Shown here: piece after piece, positions 19,426-28,847 of the stretch
Position numbering within the stretch: the first letter of the stretch is position 1
How the letters are laid out: each line of letters starts with the position of its first letter
DNA from: Bacteroidales bacterium
GTDB lineage: Bacteria; Bacteroidota; Bacteroidia; Bacteroidales; UBA1715
Assembly (NCBI GenBank): GCA_027858745.1
Contig: JAQICB010000151.1
Coordinates: 10,925 to 74,924 of the forward strand
Reading direction: 5' to 3'
DNA: 64,000 bases
The notes under the pieces: generated by a model
Databases searched by the model: none
Told to the model about the DNA's origin: nothing
Seen by the model: only the letters and a program-made list of their open reading frames with translations
Program-made: the position numbers and the translations under genes

Positions 19426-19540
19426 AATCTGAGTTCGACGTAATTTTTCGAGTTCAGATTAGCTCCGCTGAGCTCGTCCTTTGTCCTCGGTTGATATAAA
19501 AAAGCTGTTTTTTATGCAAAGCATACTTTTTTCGCTTATA
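19426..19540 (+). repeat. Modular intergenic repeat, copy 6 (A-B-D, lacks module C)
   Basis: Identical to copy 1 across A-B, then continues directly into module D (tttatgcaaagcatacttttttcgcttata). The 64-bp module C of copy 1 is absent. Confidence 0.85.
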
Positions 19541-19600
19541 AACAGTCATCTTTAGCTCAAAAATAATTTAAAATAACCCGTTATTATTTCATTATTTTTG

Positions 19601-19658
19601 ATTGAACCGCACTATTTATAAGCGTTCTGAATCTAAAAAATTATATCGAATTCAGGTT
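19601..19658 (-). repeat. Diverged repeat, copy 7 (module E plus A')
   Basis: 54/58 identity to 8265-8322. Contains CTGAAT...ATTCAG inverted termini. Confidence 0.65.
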
Positions 19659-19690
19659 TATAATTCTAAGTTTTTTAAATTGTCTGTATA

Positions 19691-19734
19691 CAAAAATACC
19701 CGATACTCAAATGTATGTGTATCGGGTATTTTTG
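19691..19734 (-). terminator. Rho-independent terminator downstream of fumarate hydratase
   Basis: Perfect 11-bp stem atacccgatac / gtatcgggtat with a 12-nt loop, flanked by an A5 run on one side and a T5 run on the other (bidirectional shape). Confidence 0.7.
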
Positions 19735-19752
19735 TGTGTTGGGAACTAGGCT

Positions 19753-21354
19753 TTAAAATTCCAAAAAGAAGTCATTCCCTTTATCATCACAAATAATGAA
19801 TGCAGGGAAATTTTCTACTCGAATTTTTCGTACTGATTCCATTCCGAGATCCTCAAAATCAATCACTTCTGATGATTTTATGTTTTGTTTTGCAAGTATT
19901 GCTGCCGGACCACCGATGGAGCCAAGATAAAATCCGCCATGTTTTTTGCATGCTTCGCGAACTTGTGGCGAACGGTTTCCTTTGGCAAGCATAATCATTG
20001 AGCCTCCTAAACTTTGGAATAAATCAACATATGGGTCCATACGGCTTGCCGTTGTTGGCCCAAAACTTCCGGAGGCCATTCCTTTCGGTGTTTTTGCCGG
20101 ACCGGCGTAATAAACCGGGTGGTTTTTCATATATTCAGGCATAGCTTTACCGTCGTCAAGCATTTTTTTGATTTGTGCGTGTGCAATGTCGCGAGCAACT
20201 ATCAATGTGCCCGATAAGTTTAAGCGTGTTTTTATTGGATATTTGGTGAGGATTTTAAGAACTTCTTCCATTGGTTGGTCTAAGTCGATATCAACTGCAG
20301 GCTCCAATGTAAGTTTGGCTTCCGGAAGATAATTTTCCGGGTGTTTTTCTAATTGTTCTAAGAATATACCCTCTTCGGTAATTTTTGCTTTTATATTTCG
20401 GTCGGCACTACAGCTCACTCCTAAGCCCACTGCACACGAAGCAGCGTGGCGAGGTAAACGAATTACACGAATATCGTGTGCAAATGCTTTTCCGCCAAAT
20501 TGTGCTCCAACACCAAATTCTTCGGCTAATTTTTGAATTTTAGCTTCCCATTCAACGTCACGGTAGGCTTGTCCGTACTCATTTCCTTCGGTAGGGAGCG
20601 AGTCGTAATATTTTGCCGAGGCAAGTTTTACGGTTTTCAGGTTAGTATCAACTTGTCCGCCAATTACAAATGCTATGTGGTAGGGAGGACAGGCAGATGT
20701 GCCTAAATCTTTTAATTTTTCTTTTACAAATGCCGTAAATGATTCTTCGTTCAGAAGTGATTTGGTCATTTGATACAAGAATGTTTTGTTTGCGGAACCA
20801 CCGCCTTTGGTGAGGAAGACAAGTTCGTAATTATTTCCTTGCGATGCCATTATATCTATTTGTGCCGGCATGTTTGAACCTGAATTTTTTTCTTCGAACA
20901 TGCTTGTTGGTACAACTTGCGAATAACGTAAGTTTTTTTCTTGATATGATGAGTATATTCCTTTTGATAGATATTCTGCATCATCAACACCAGTCCATAC
21001 TTGTTCGCCTTTTTTTGCTATTACTATAGCCGTTCCGGTATCTTGACAAGTAGGTAATTCTCCTTCGGCTGCAATTACTTGATTGCGAAGCATGGTGTCT
21101 GCTACAAATTTATCATTGTCTGATGTTTCGGGGTCTTGCAGAATTTTTTTTAGCCCTTCGAGGTGTGATGCTCGTAAATAAAATGATACATCGTTTATTG
21201 CTTCTTCTGCCAGTATTTCAAGACCTTTGGGATCTACTTGTAAAATTTTTTTCCCTTGCACTTCTATGGTCGAAACATAATCTTTGGAGATTAAACGATA
21301 TTGAGTTGAATCGTTGCGTGTTTCAAACATTTTTTTATACTTAAAATCTGCCAT
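19753..21354 (-). CDS. Class I (Fe-S dependent) fumarate hydratase
   Basis: 533 aa, fused alpha plus beta domains. CQDTGTA cluster-ligand motif. The length and pattern match FumA/FumB-type enzymes. Confidence 0.9.
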   Translation of the reverse strand: MADFKYKKMFETRNDSTQYRLISKDYVSTIEVQGKKILQVDPKGLEILAEEAINDVSFYLRASHLEGLKKILQDPETSDNDKFVADTMLRNQVIAAEGELPTCQDTGTAIVIAKKGEQVWTGVDDAEYLSKGIYSSYQEKNLRYSQVVPTSMFEEKNSGSNMPAQIDIMASQGNNYELVFLTKGGGSANKTFLYQMTKSLLNEESFTAFVKEKLKDLGTSACPPYHIAFVIGGQVDTNLKTVKLASAKYYDSLPTEGNEYGQAYRDVEWEAKIQKLAEEFGVGAQFGGKAFAHDIRVIRLPRHAASCAVGLGVSCSADRNIKAKITEEGIFLEQLEKHPENYLPEAKLTLEPAVDIDLDQPMEEVLKILTKYPIKTRLNLSGTLIVARDIAHAQIKKMLDDGKAMPEYMKNHPVYYAGPAKTPKGMASGSFGPTTASRMDPYVDLFQSLGGSMIMLAKGNRSPQVREACKKHGGFYLGSIGGPAAILAKQNIKSSEVIDFEDLGMESVRKIRVENFPAFIICDDKGNDFFLEF

Positions 21355-21411
21355 ATATCCGTTTTTTTATTGTTAAAAATATTGGTTACAAAGGTAAAAA
21401 AAATACTTGAT

Positions 21412-22227
21412 TTATGTATTGTTTTTTATATGAACAACCCTTTGAGGGAAAGGAATACCAATATTGTTTTTTTTGAGTGCTTTGAATATTTCAACTCGTA
21501 ATTCACTTTTAATATTTTCTATGCGAAAAATTTCATTTGAATAAAAATATACGGAAAAATGTAAGGCGGAATTTCCATAGTCTTCGAATCGAACAAATGG
21601 CTTGGGGGCTTGCAATACTTTTGCATGATTTTGTGTAACTATCTGTACAGTTGTCATCATAAGCTCTACATCGGTTGAGTATTCTACTCCGATATTTATT
21701 TTGAAACGCGAAGATATTTTGTCGTAAGTCCAGTTTTCAACTTTATTTGCGGTAAGTTCAGAGTTTGGCATAATGACATAATTTTCGTCCCTGCCAATTA
21801 ATCTCGTTGTTCTGAAGTTTATTTCCTGAACTTGGTAAATTTCACCATTTACTTCAATGTAGTCATTTACCGAAAGTGTGCCGTCAAGAAGAAGAATAAT
21901 GCCGGAGATGAAGTCACTAAATAAGTTTTGTAGTCCAAATCCAATTCCTACTAATAATGCAGCAGAACCTGCAAGTAGAACAGATATATTGAACCCTAAA
22001 AGGTGTAAACATATTACAACAGATATTGTTGTTAATACATAGTGAATAAGTTTGTTTATTGTGAATTTTTTTGGTATGTCTAAATGTTTTGATTTGTATA
22101 TAAGTTTTTTTAAAATAAAAGCTATAATAATAATTATTGCAATATAAAAAAGGACACTAAAAACATTTGAAATACGCAATGTGTAATTACCTGTTTCTAG
22201 TAGTTCATAGGAGAGGATTTCATTCAT
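21412..22227 (-). CDS. Mechanosensitive ion channel family protein (MscS-like)
   Basis: 271 aa. Three N-terminal TM helices, the pore-helix region GFGLQNLFSDFISGIILLLDG, and an MscS beta-domain. Confidence 0.85.
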   Translation of the reverse strand: MNEILSYELLETGNYTLRISNVFSVLFYIAIIIIIAFILKKLIYKSKHLDIPKKFTINKLIHYVLTTISVVICLHLLGFNISVLLAGSAALLVGIGFGLQNLFSDFISGIILLLDGTLSVNDYIEVNGEIYQVQEINFRTTRLIGRDENYVIMPNSELTANKVENWTYDKISSRFKINIGVEYSTDVELMMTTVQIVTQNHAKVLQAPKPFVRFEDYGNSALHFSVYFYSNEIFRIENIKSELRVEIFKALKKNNIGIPFPQRVVHIKNNT

Positions 22228-22237
22228 ATAAAGGTTG

Positions 22238-23695
22238 TTATTTTTTTATGAAATTTGTGTAATGTTTATAGCGTTGAAAAATTTGCTTCACATAGGTAAA
22301 TGGTTCAATACCACGTACGTATCCATATTTTACAACTCTGTGCTTGTAGTTTTCCGGATAGCTAAGGTCTAAAATCATTTCTTCAACATGTCCATCCCAT
22401 TTATGTTTGTCGTAGCCTTTAATTTCAGCAAGTTTTTGAGCGTCAATAACATGGTAGTATCCGCAATTGTATGATGCCATAGCAAATTTAGTTCGCTGAA
22501 TGGTATCGGTAATTTCGTCAAAGTTATTATATAATTGTTGCAGATAATTTGTGCCGGCTCTAATATTTTCTGCTTCATTAAAAATAGAAGTAACCCCTAA
22601 TTCTTTGGCTGTTTCGGGCATAAGTTGCATAAGACCTCTTGCTCCTGCCCATGATGCTGCTTCTGGGTCGAAGCGTGATTCTTGATATATAAGTGACGTT
22701 AAGAGTCGCCAGTCCCATCCAATTCGTTGTGCATGTTTTTTTATAATATCGTCGTATTTACTAATTTGATTTTTATTTAAACTATAGAAGTCACTTTTAA
22801 TACGTTGTTTAAAGGTGCGTTTATTTTCAAAATATTTGTTATAAATTACGTGGTAATCTACTTCTTTGCGCTCTTTTTGTATCCATGTGTCTACTGCTTT
22901 TAATAGTTTTGGGGAGGTGGGACGCATTGCCCATGCTATGCGTTGCGAAAAACTGACCGGTACTGAAACGTCTAATATTGGGTAATATGAAGCATTTATT
23001 TTTGCAATATATTCGTCGGCAATGGTGTATTTAATGGTACCTTTCACAACTTGGTCTATAATTTTGTCGGTTGAAACATTTCCTCGAATGGTGTCAATAT
23101 AAATTGGTCCGCCAATTTCTTTTGAAAGATTTCCTATCCGTTCGAAATATGAGGTGTTCTCACGAACAGAAATAGTGTCATTTATTAATTCTAACGGATC
23201 TCTTACAAGTGATTTTTGAAGTGCCGACCAGGTTAAATGGTGCCAGTTATCCGGTTTTTTTTGCACAAGTACTTGCCGGGTCAAATAGAGATATTCAGTA
23301 AATTGTATTCTTTTTTTTCGTTCTCTGGTAATTGTCAATCCATGTGCGACAATATCTGCTGTTCCTTTTTCGAGCTCTATAAATAAACTGTCAATGTTTT
23401 GTGCAACATGTAGTTCAAGTTCTAAATCGAGTGATTTTGCAAGACGTTTGAGTTGTTCATATTCATAGCCCATTGCTCTGCCTCGGTATAAAAAATAGCT
23501 TGTACTACTGTAAATGATAAGTGCTCGCAATTTGCCGTCTTCACGAATTTCGTCTAAATCACGTTGAAAAATTTCTTTTTGTTCCGAGTCTTCACTCGAT
23601 GTGTTGTTTGATTGTTTTTGATTACACGAAAGAGTTAAGTATAAGCAAAAGATACAAATGATTTTAATGAATATTGAATATTGAAAATGTATCAT
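22238..23695 (-). CDS. Lytic transglycosylase with N-terminal solute-binding-like domain (MltF-like)
   Basis: 485 aa. Signal/lipoprotein-like N-terminus (LTLSC), an SBP_bac_3-like domain, and a C-terminal SLT domain with catalytic-Glu motif LIYQESRFDPEAASWAGARGLMQLMP. Confidence 0.85.
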   Translation of the reverse strand: MIHFQYSIFIKIICIFCLYLTLSCNQKQSNNTSSEDSEQKEIFQRDLDEIREDGKLRALIIYSSTSYFLYRGRAMGYEYEQLKRLAKSLDLELELHVAQNIDSLFIELEKGTADIVAHGLTITRERKKRIQFTEYLYLTRQVLVQKKPDNWHHLTWSALQKSLVRDPLELINDTISVRENTSYFERIGNLSKEIGGPIYIDTIRGNVSTDKIIDQVVKGTIKYTIADEYIAKINASYYPILDVSVPVSFSQRIAWAMRPTSPKLLKAVDTWIQKERKEVDYHVIYNKYFENKRTFKQRIKSDFYSLNKNQISKYDDIIKKHAQRIGWDWRLLTSLIYQESRFDPEAASWAGARGLMQLMPETAKELGVTSIFNEAENIRAGTNYLQQLYNNFDEITDTIQRTKFAMASYNCGYYHVIDAQKLAEIKGYDKHKWDGHVEEMILDLSYPENYKHRVVKYGYVRGIEPFTYVKQIFQRYKHYTNFIKK

Positions 23696-23866
23696 ATATT
23701 ATTATTATCTATCCAGTTTATAGTAACAAATATACAAAAAAAATATGGAAATAAGTTTTTTGCTGTTTTTGTTGTGTATGTGTTAAGCTTCTATTTATCC
23801 ACAAGAGTTACCAGAGTGTCTGTGGAAATTGACTGCGTTAAAACTGAAACACGTCTTAATTAATGT

Positions 23867-26800
23867 TTATTTTTTTATAACAATTTTTTGGAGAATTTTT
23901 TTGGATTCTTGTGTGCATATAAGAGTGTATATTCCCGGAGGTAATTGAGATACATCAAGTGAAGTTTGTGTATTTGTTAATTCTGTCGAGAATAATTTGG
24001 TGCCGTTTTGGGTATATAAACTACAATGTGAGTCAATATATGTTTCGGGAATTATAAGAGTGACTATTTTCGAAAATGGATTCGGGAATACGTTAATGTC
24101 TTGTGAGGTGTAAATTGAATCAATACTTGTAGCGTAAGTGAAAATAGGTTCTGAAAAAGCTGTACATCCTTCTAAGTTTGTTGCCTCTACAGTATATAAT
24201 CCTGCTTCTTGGGGAACATACAATCGTGCGATTGCCCCATCTATTAAGCTGTCGTTTATGTGCCATTGATATGAAAGCCCAAGTGATGATTCTAACACAT
24301 TATTGGCTTGAATGCTTATTGTTGGAACAGGATAACAGATATTGAGTGCATTGCTGCGGGAAGTACATCCGTTTGTGAGTGTTACATCAACTGAATATAT
24401 GCCGGTTAGCTGTGCATTATAGATGGAGTCTTGGGCATCAAAAATGGTGTCGTTTTCATAAAACCATTGAAAGGAAACGCCTTGAGTGGAAATTAATGTA
24501 TTTTGTTCTTGAAAAATGTATGGAAATGGTACGCAAACTTCAATCGATTTCGATTGTGCTTGGCACATGTTGTCGTGGGTTACCTCAACCGAATAGTTAC
24601 CACTTTCTGTTGTCAGGTGTATTTGTTCGGTTTCGTTAGGTAAGGCTGTGTCGTTTTTGTACCATTGAATCGCGTTGTATGATTGTGTTGATAAATATTC
24701 TCGGTCTTGTTGAAGAGGAGGAATAGGGTTATATAAAAATTCTAATTCTATTGTATTTGTTATTGCCGAACAATTGTTACTGTCAGTAATGTGAGCAAAA
24801 TAGTCTCCGTTTTGCGTAATGTGTAAGGTGTTGTTGTTTTGAGAAATGTCTGTATTGTTTTGGTGCCAAATATATGTTTTTCCATCTGCATCTGCGGTTA
24901 ATGTAACAGTATCGCGTTGGCACAAGGGACTTGGTTTTGCAATCGCAAGTGTAGATTGTGGAACCTCATATTTTTCTATATGAATTGTGTTTGATTCTGC
25001 GGAGCAATTAAATGTGGTGTCGGTTGCCAAAACCGAGAATTCGCCGCCGATTGTTGTAAAGAGAGAATTCGTGTCGATATCTGATAGGGAATTGTTGAAA
25101 ATCCAATTATATAAATATTCTTGTGGATGTCTTATGGAAAGTTGCAATGAATCGCCATTACAAAAACCGATTTTTCCCGAAGGAGAATATATTTCGGAAG
25201 TAGGTGATGTTTTTACTTCGATTGAAACTTTTCGTGAGGTATCGGTACAATTAAATTCATTGGTGATAATACCAAAATATGTGCCGTTAGTGGTGATTTC
25301 AATAGAATCATCCTCTTCAGAGACAAGAATTGCATTATTTCGGTACCATGAATAGGTAACGCTATTGTCTGTGTGCATTTCAAACAATGTAGATTCGTTA
25401 TCGCAAATTACAGAATCGGTATATATGAATAAATCTCCTTGTGGTACGGGGTTGACGGTAAGGTGAAAGCTGTCTGTTGTATCTCTACATACGCCGGAGG
25501 TAATGATGTGAGCTGCGTAATCTCCTTCTTCAGAAACCGACAATATGTTCGATGTTCCCTGTTGTATAGTATCTTCGTTGAAAAACCAGATATATTCTGT
25601 ATTACTGTGATTGCTAATCTGGATCGTTGTTTCTTGATTTTCGCAAATGCCTGTTTCTGCGGCATCAAACCAGGTTTGAATAAGGGGTGGTTCTATTTCA
25701 GTTAGGTTTATGTTTTCAATTGTTGTGGAACAACCCAAATCATTGCGAATGATAACAGAATAATTTCCTTCTTCGTAAAACGTAGCTCGTGTGTCTGTTG
25801 TGGTAAACAGGGAATCATTGTTTCGGTACCAGCTGTGAACGTTTGCAATGCTGTCTATACATTCAAGCATAATCGAATCTCCTATGCAGAAGAGATTTGT
25901 GTTTCCAATAATCACAAGTGAATCTTGTGGTAGTGGAATTTGTGTTGTTTGCATTGTGTCGGAACGAGAAATACAACCTTCAGAACTTGCAATATGGGCA
26001 AAATAGCTATTTGATTCGTGGACAATAATTTGATTGTTCGAAAATACATTTCCTGCGGTGTCGTACCATGTGCATGAGTCGGAACTTGTTGTTTCTATAA
26101 AAAGAATAGTGCTGTCGCCAAGGCAAAATAATGCGGAATCTATTATTTGTATAGAATCATTAGGATAGGGGTGAAATGTGTAGGAAAATTCCGGAGATTG
26201 TTTCATGTACGGATTTCCATTTCTTGTAATTTCGGAACTGTAAGCTTGCATATGATAGGTTCCCGAATTGGTAACCCAGAGTGAATCTGCCGACGAGCCT
26301 ATAAATTCCCCGTTTTGTAGCCATTCAAATATACAATTGTGGTTTGATTCGGCAAGGAGTAATACAGAATCGCCTTCGCACAGAGGAGTAGAGTTGTTGT
26401 GTGAAGAATAGACAAATAAATCAAAAGCCGGCATCGGATCTATTTCTGCAACAAATAAATCTTTTTGCCCGGAGGTTTCGATATACAAATGGTTATACTC
26501 AATTTGTTTTGAATAAAAGCCCGCTGCATATATCGAAAATTCGTCAATAACAGCTAAATCCTCAATTTTGTCAGATGCTGAATCTCCTAAAAATTGTACC
26601 CATTCTATATCGTGTGTAACTTCCGCAATTTTTATGAGCAGTGCATCTTCGGTATGCGAGGGAGCATATGCTGTTCCGTTAATAAATATGCTGTCTGTAC
26701 CGCTTTGTGTGTGAATGTAGCTGCTTATGTAAATGTTGTGTGACTGGTCAATTTCAATTCCGGTGCTTCGTACGGTGTCGGTATTGCATAATGCCGTTTT

Positions 26801-28216
26801 AAACCATTCGGGTTCGCCTGCTAAAGATGTTTGTATAACAGAGCTTGCCGGAAATATCTGTGCCGGAACCGTAAGGGAGTTTAATGTAACATCGTGTGCA
26901 TGGTTAAAGAGAAAAAGCAATTTTTCATCTTGAGCATCAATTGTCATATCATATGGCATTTCGGAGAGATTCGAAATGCAGTTCATGCCGTCATTTTCAA
27001 ACGAAACAATATAATTTTTTCGAGTCGATTGGCTTGTGTTAAAAGAAAATAATGAATCAACTATAACTGTTTTGTCCAGAATGTGCTCTCGTTTTGCATA
27101 ATAAAAATATGCAGTGTCTTCATAATAAATGTCAACATAATAATATGGATCTTCAATTAAAAAGGTGTCTATTACAAATCGTGAGTTATCAATAAAAAAC
27201 GTATCAACAACATACTGTGCATTGTTTATCGTAATTGTATCAATAACAGAGGAGGTATCAGAAATGTTGTGCATTTCTGAAATATGAATTGTATGGGTAA
27301 TAAAAAATGTATCAGCAATTTCTGAAACAGCATATTTGTTAATCGTATCTATAGCATATAGTGTGTCGAGTGCAATGAATTCTGTAATTGTATCAAGTTC
27401 TTGACTTGCTTGTTTGTACACAATAAACAGGCTGTCTTGAGCTGAGAAGCTCCCAAAAATTTCGGTGTTTGTGTTATGTTCAATGGTACGAAGTTCCGAA
27501 TGTGCATTTTCATGTGAGCTACTACCGGCGGTAAGAGAGTTGACTGTGCCGCTTTCTGAAACAGTGATGAGAAAGAACTGTTCTGACGTGCTGGTGAGGG
27601 TTGTTTCGAGACATGAGAAAGAATTTTTGTATGTTCCCGAAATGGAAATTCCCTGCGGAGAATAAATCATGTCGTTCGGAATGATTTCTGAACTTGGAGA
27701 GTCGCCAAAATTACTTATATTCCATACAACAGAACCATCAGGAGCAATTTTATAAAGAGCCATATCCCATTTTGCAGTACTTGTTGAGCTACTTGTCTCT
27801 ATATTAAATGTGGACGTATATACTACAAGTACATACAGATTATTTGTATTGTCGGTTACTGTTTCAATAATACTGAATTGGGCAAGTGTGTCGCAATAGT
27901 TTCCCAGCCGTATCCATTCCGGTATGCCGTCTTTGCTTAATTTTGCAATAAAGGGTTTATTCATTTTATGATTGATATTGCAGCTATCTGCAAATGCAAC
28001 AGAGTCTTGAATTTTGAAGGAACGTGATTTGGTGCTGAATCCGTATTCGTTGATTATTTCGTAGGTTAAAAATTCCCCGCTTATGTAGAGCGAACTATCT
28101 TGGCTTGCTGAAATATGCTGTGCAGTGGAAAATAAATTACTTCCACTTGTGAGAAATTGTGCCTGAAGTGAGCATGTCAATAATAACAAACTAATGAAAA
28201 GGTGTATTTTGCTCAT
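23867..28216 (-). CDS. Large secreted protein with tandem Cys-containing Ig-like domains and T9SS type A C-terminal sorting domain
   Basis: About 1449 aa from ATG at 28216 (signal peptide MSKIHLFISLLLLTCSLQAQ). About 10 repeats of an ~80-aa module (C.GDS..L...W..N......tY....n..GC.s.S..i.l). C-terminus INVFPNPFSKIVTLI...LPPGIYTL...QKIVIKK is typical of type A CTDs. Confidence 0.8.
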   Translation of the reverse strand: MSKIHLFISLLLLTCSLQAQFLTSGSNLFSTAQHISASQDSSLYISGEFLTYEIINEYGFSTKSRSFKIQDSVAFADSCNINHKMNKPFIAKLSKDGIPEWIRLGNYCDTLAQFSIIETVTDNTNNLYVLVVYTSTFNIETSSSTSTAKWDMALYKIAPDGSVVWNISNFGDSPSSEIIPNDMIYSPQGISISGTYKNSFSCLETTLTSTSEQFFLITVSESGTVNSLTAGSSSHENAHSELRTIEHNTNTEIFGSFSAQDSLFIVYKQASQELDTITEFIALDTLYAIDTINKYAVSEIADTFFITHTIHISEMHNISDTSSVIDTITINNAQYVVDTFFIDNSRFVIDTFLIEDPYYYVDIYYEDTAYFYYAKREHILDKTVIVDSLFSFNTSQSTRKNYIVSFENDGMNCISNLSEMPYDMTIDAQDEKLLFLFNHAHDVTLNSLTVPAQIFPASSVIQTSLAGEPEWFKTALCNTDTVRSTGIEIDQSHNIYISSYIHTQSGTDSIFINGTAYAPSHTEDALLIKIAEVTHDIEWVQFLGDSASDKIEDLAVIDEFSIYAAGFYSKQIEYNHLYIETSGQKDLFVAEIDPMPAFDLFVYSSHNNSTPLCEGDSVLLLAESNHNCIFEWLQNGEFIGSSADSLWVTNSGTYHMQAYSSEITRNGNPYMKQSPEFSYTFHPYPNDSIQIIDSALFCLGDSTILFIETTSSDSCTWYDTAGNVFSNNQIIVHESNSYFAHIASSEGCISRSDTMQTTQIPLPQDSLVIIGNTNLFCIGDSIMLECIDSIANVHSWYRNNDSLFTTTDTRATFYEEGNYSVIIRNDLGCSTTIENINLTEIEPPLIQTWFDAAETGICENQETTIQISNHSNTEYIWFFNEDTIQQGTSNILSVSEEGDYAAHIITSGVCRDTTDSFHLTVNPVPQGDLFIYTDSVICDNESTLFEMHTDNSVTYSWYRNNAILVSEEDDSIEITTNGTYFGIITNEFNCTDTSRKVSIEVKTSPTSEIYSPSGKIGFCNGDSLQLSIRHPQEYLYNWIFNNSLSDIDTNSLFTTIGGEFSVLATDTTFNCSAESNTIHIEKYEVPQSTLAIAKPSPLCQRDTVTLTADADGKTYIWHQNNTDISQNNNTLHITQNGDYFAHITDSNNCSAITNTIELEFLYNPIPPLQQDREYLSTQSYNAIQWYKNDTALPNETEQIHLTTESGNYSVEVTHDNMCQAQSKSIEVCVPFPYIFQEQNTLISTQGVSFQWFYENDTIFDAQDSIYNAQLTGIYSVDVTLTNGCTSRSNALNICYPVPTISIQANNVLESSLGLSYQWHINDSLIDGAIARLYVPQEAGLYTVEATNLEGCTAFSEPIFTYATSIDSIYTSQDINVFPNPFSKIVTLIIPETYIDSHCSLYTQNGTKLFSTELTNTQTSLDVSQLPPGIYTLICTQESKKILQKIVIKK

Positions 28217-28352
28217 AAACGACAAGTTATATGTTTGCAGTAAAAATACTGGTTTTTGTTTCAAATGTACTTTTTTTTATCTTTTTTCTGAAAAAAGAAT
28301 AGAAAAATCTCTCTAATTAGCTAAAAATCTTTATTTTTGAAAAAAAACACGA

Positions 28353-28847
28353 ATGCATATCACAAGGAGAATAATTTCAATAATTATAACTGTTTTTTTG
28401 TGCAATTTTTTGAGTGTATCTCAAGAAAATAAAGACACTTCTGTGGTTTCGCACAAGCTTTTTGACGAAAGCTATACTATTTTGTTGCCGTCGGAGTATC
28501 AAAAATCAGAAACAATCAAAAATCAATTTGTATGGCAAAAGCAGGGAACTGTTTTTCAGTATGTGTTTATCCCGCAGGTTTCTCCACAAGCTTTTCAGGA
28601 TAGTTTGACGCCGGCATATTTTTCTGCTCAGAATCTCGAAAATATTGTAAAAACGCAGGATTCTGTAACGAAATATAGATACAGAGGTGAATTTTCTGTT
28701 GGCGAACTGTTGTATTATCGGGCATTTGTGGTGCGTCCATATAAAAAAGGAACGGTGCTGTTGCTTGCCAATTATCCTCAAAACATGCATAATGTCATAT
28801 TCCCCCAGTATATCCAGTCTTTTGTAAGCACGTGCAAACATGAATAA
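28353..28847 (+). CDS. Hypothetical small secreted protein (first gene of SprB-repeat operon)
   Basis: 164 aa with an N-terminal hydrophobic signal-like segment and no motif I recognise. Its 3' end overlaps the next gene's start by 8 nt. A TATTTTTG -7-like box lies at 28332-28339. Confidence 0.5.
   Translation: MHITRRIISIIITVFLCNFLSVSQENKDTSVVSHKLFDESYTILLPSEYQKSETIKNQFVWQKQGTVFQYVFIPQVSPQAFQDSLTPAYFSAQNLENIVKTQDSVTKYRYRGEFSVGELLYYRAFVVRPYKKGTVLLLANYPQNMHNVIFPQYIQSFVSTCKHE

Noticed and set aside
23681-23863. 60-aa plus-strand ORF in the intergenic region downstream of the 1449-aa T9SS gene
   Set aside because: It sits at the length cut-off, starts inside the MltF-like gene's 5' end on the opposite strand, and has a hydrophobic low-complexity translation. 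No supporting signals.
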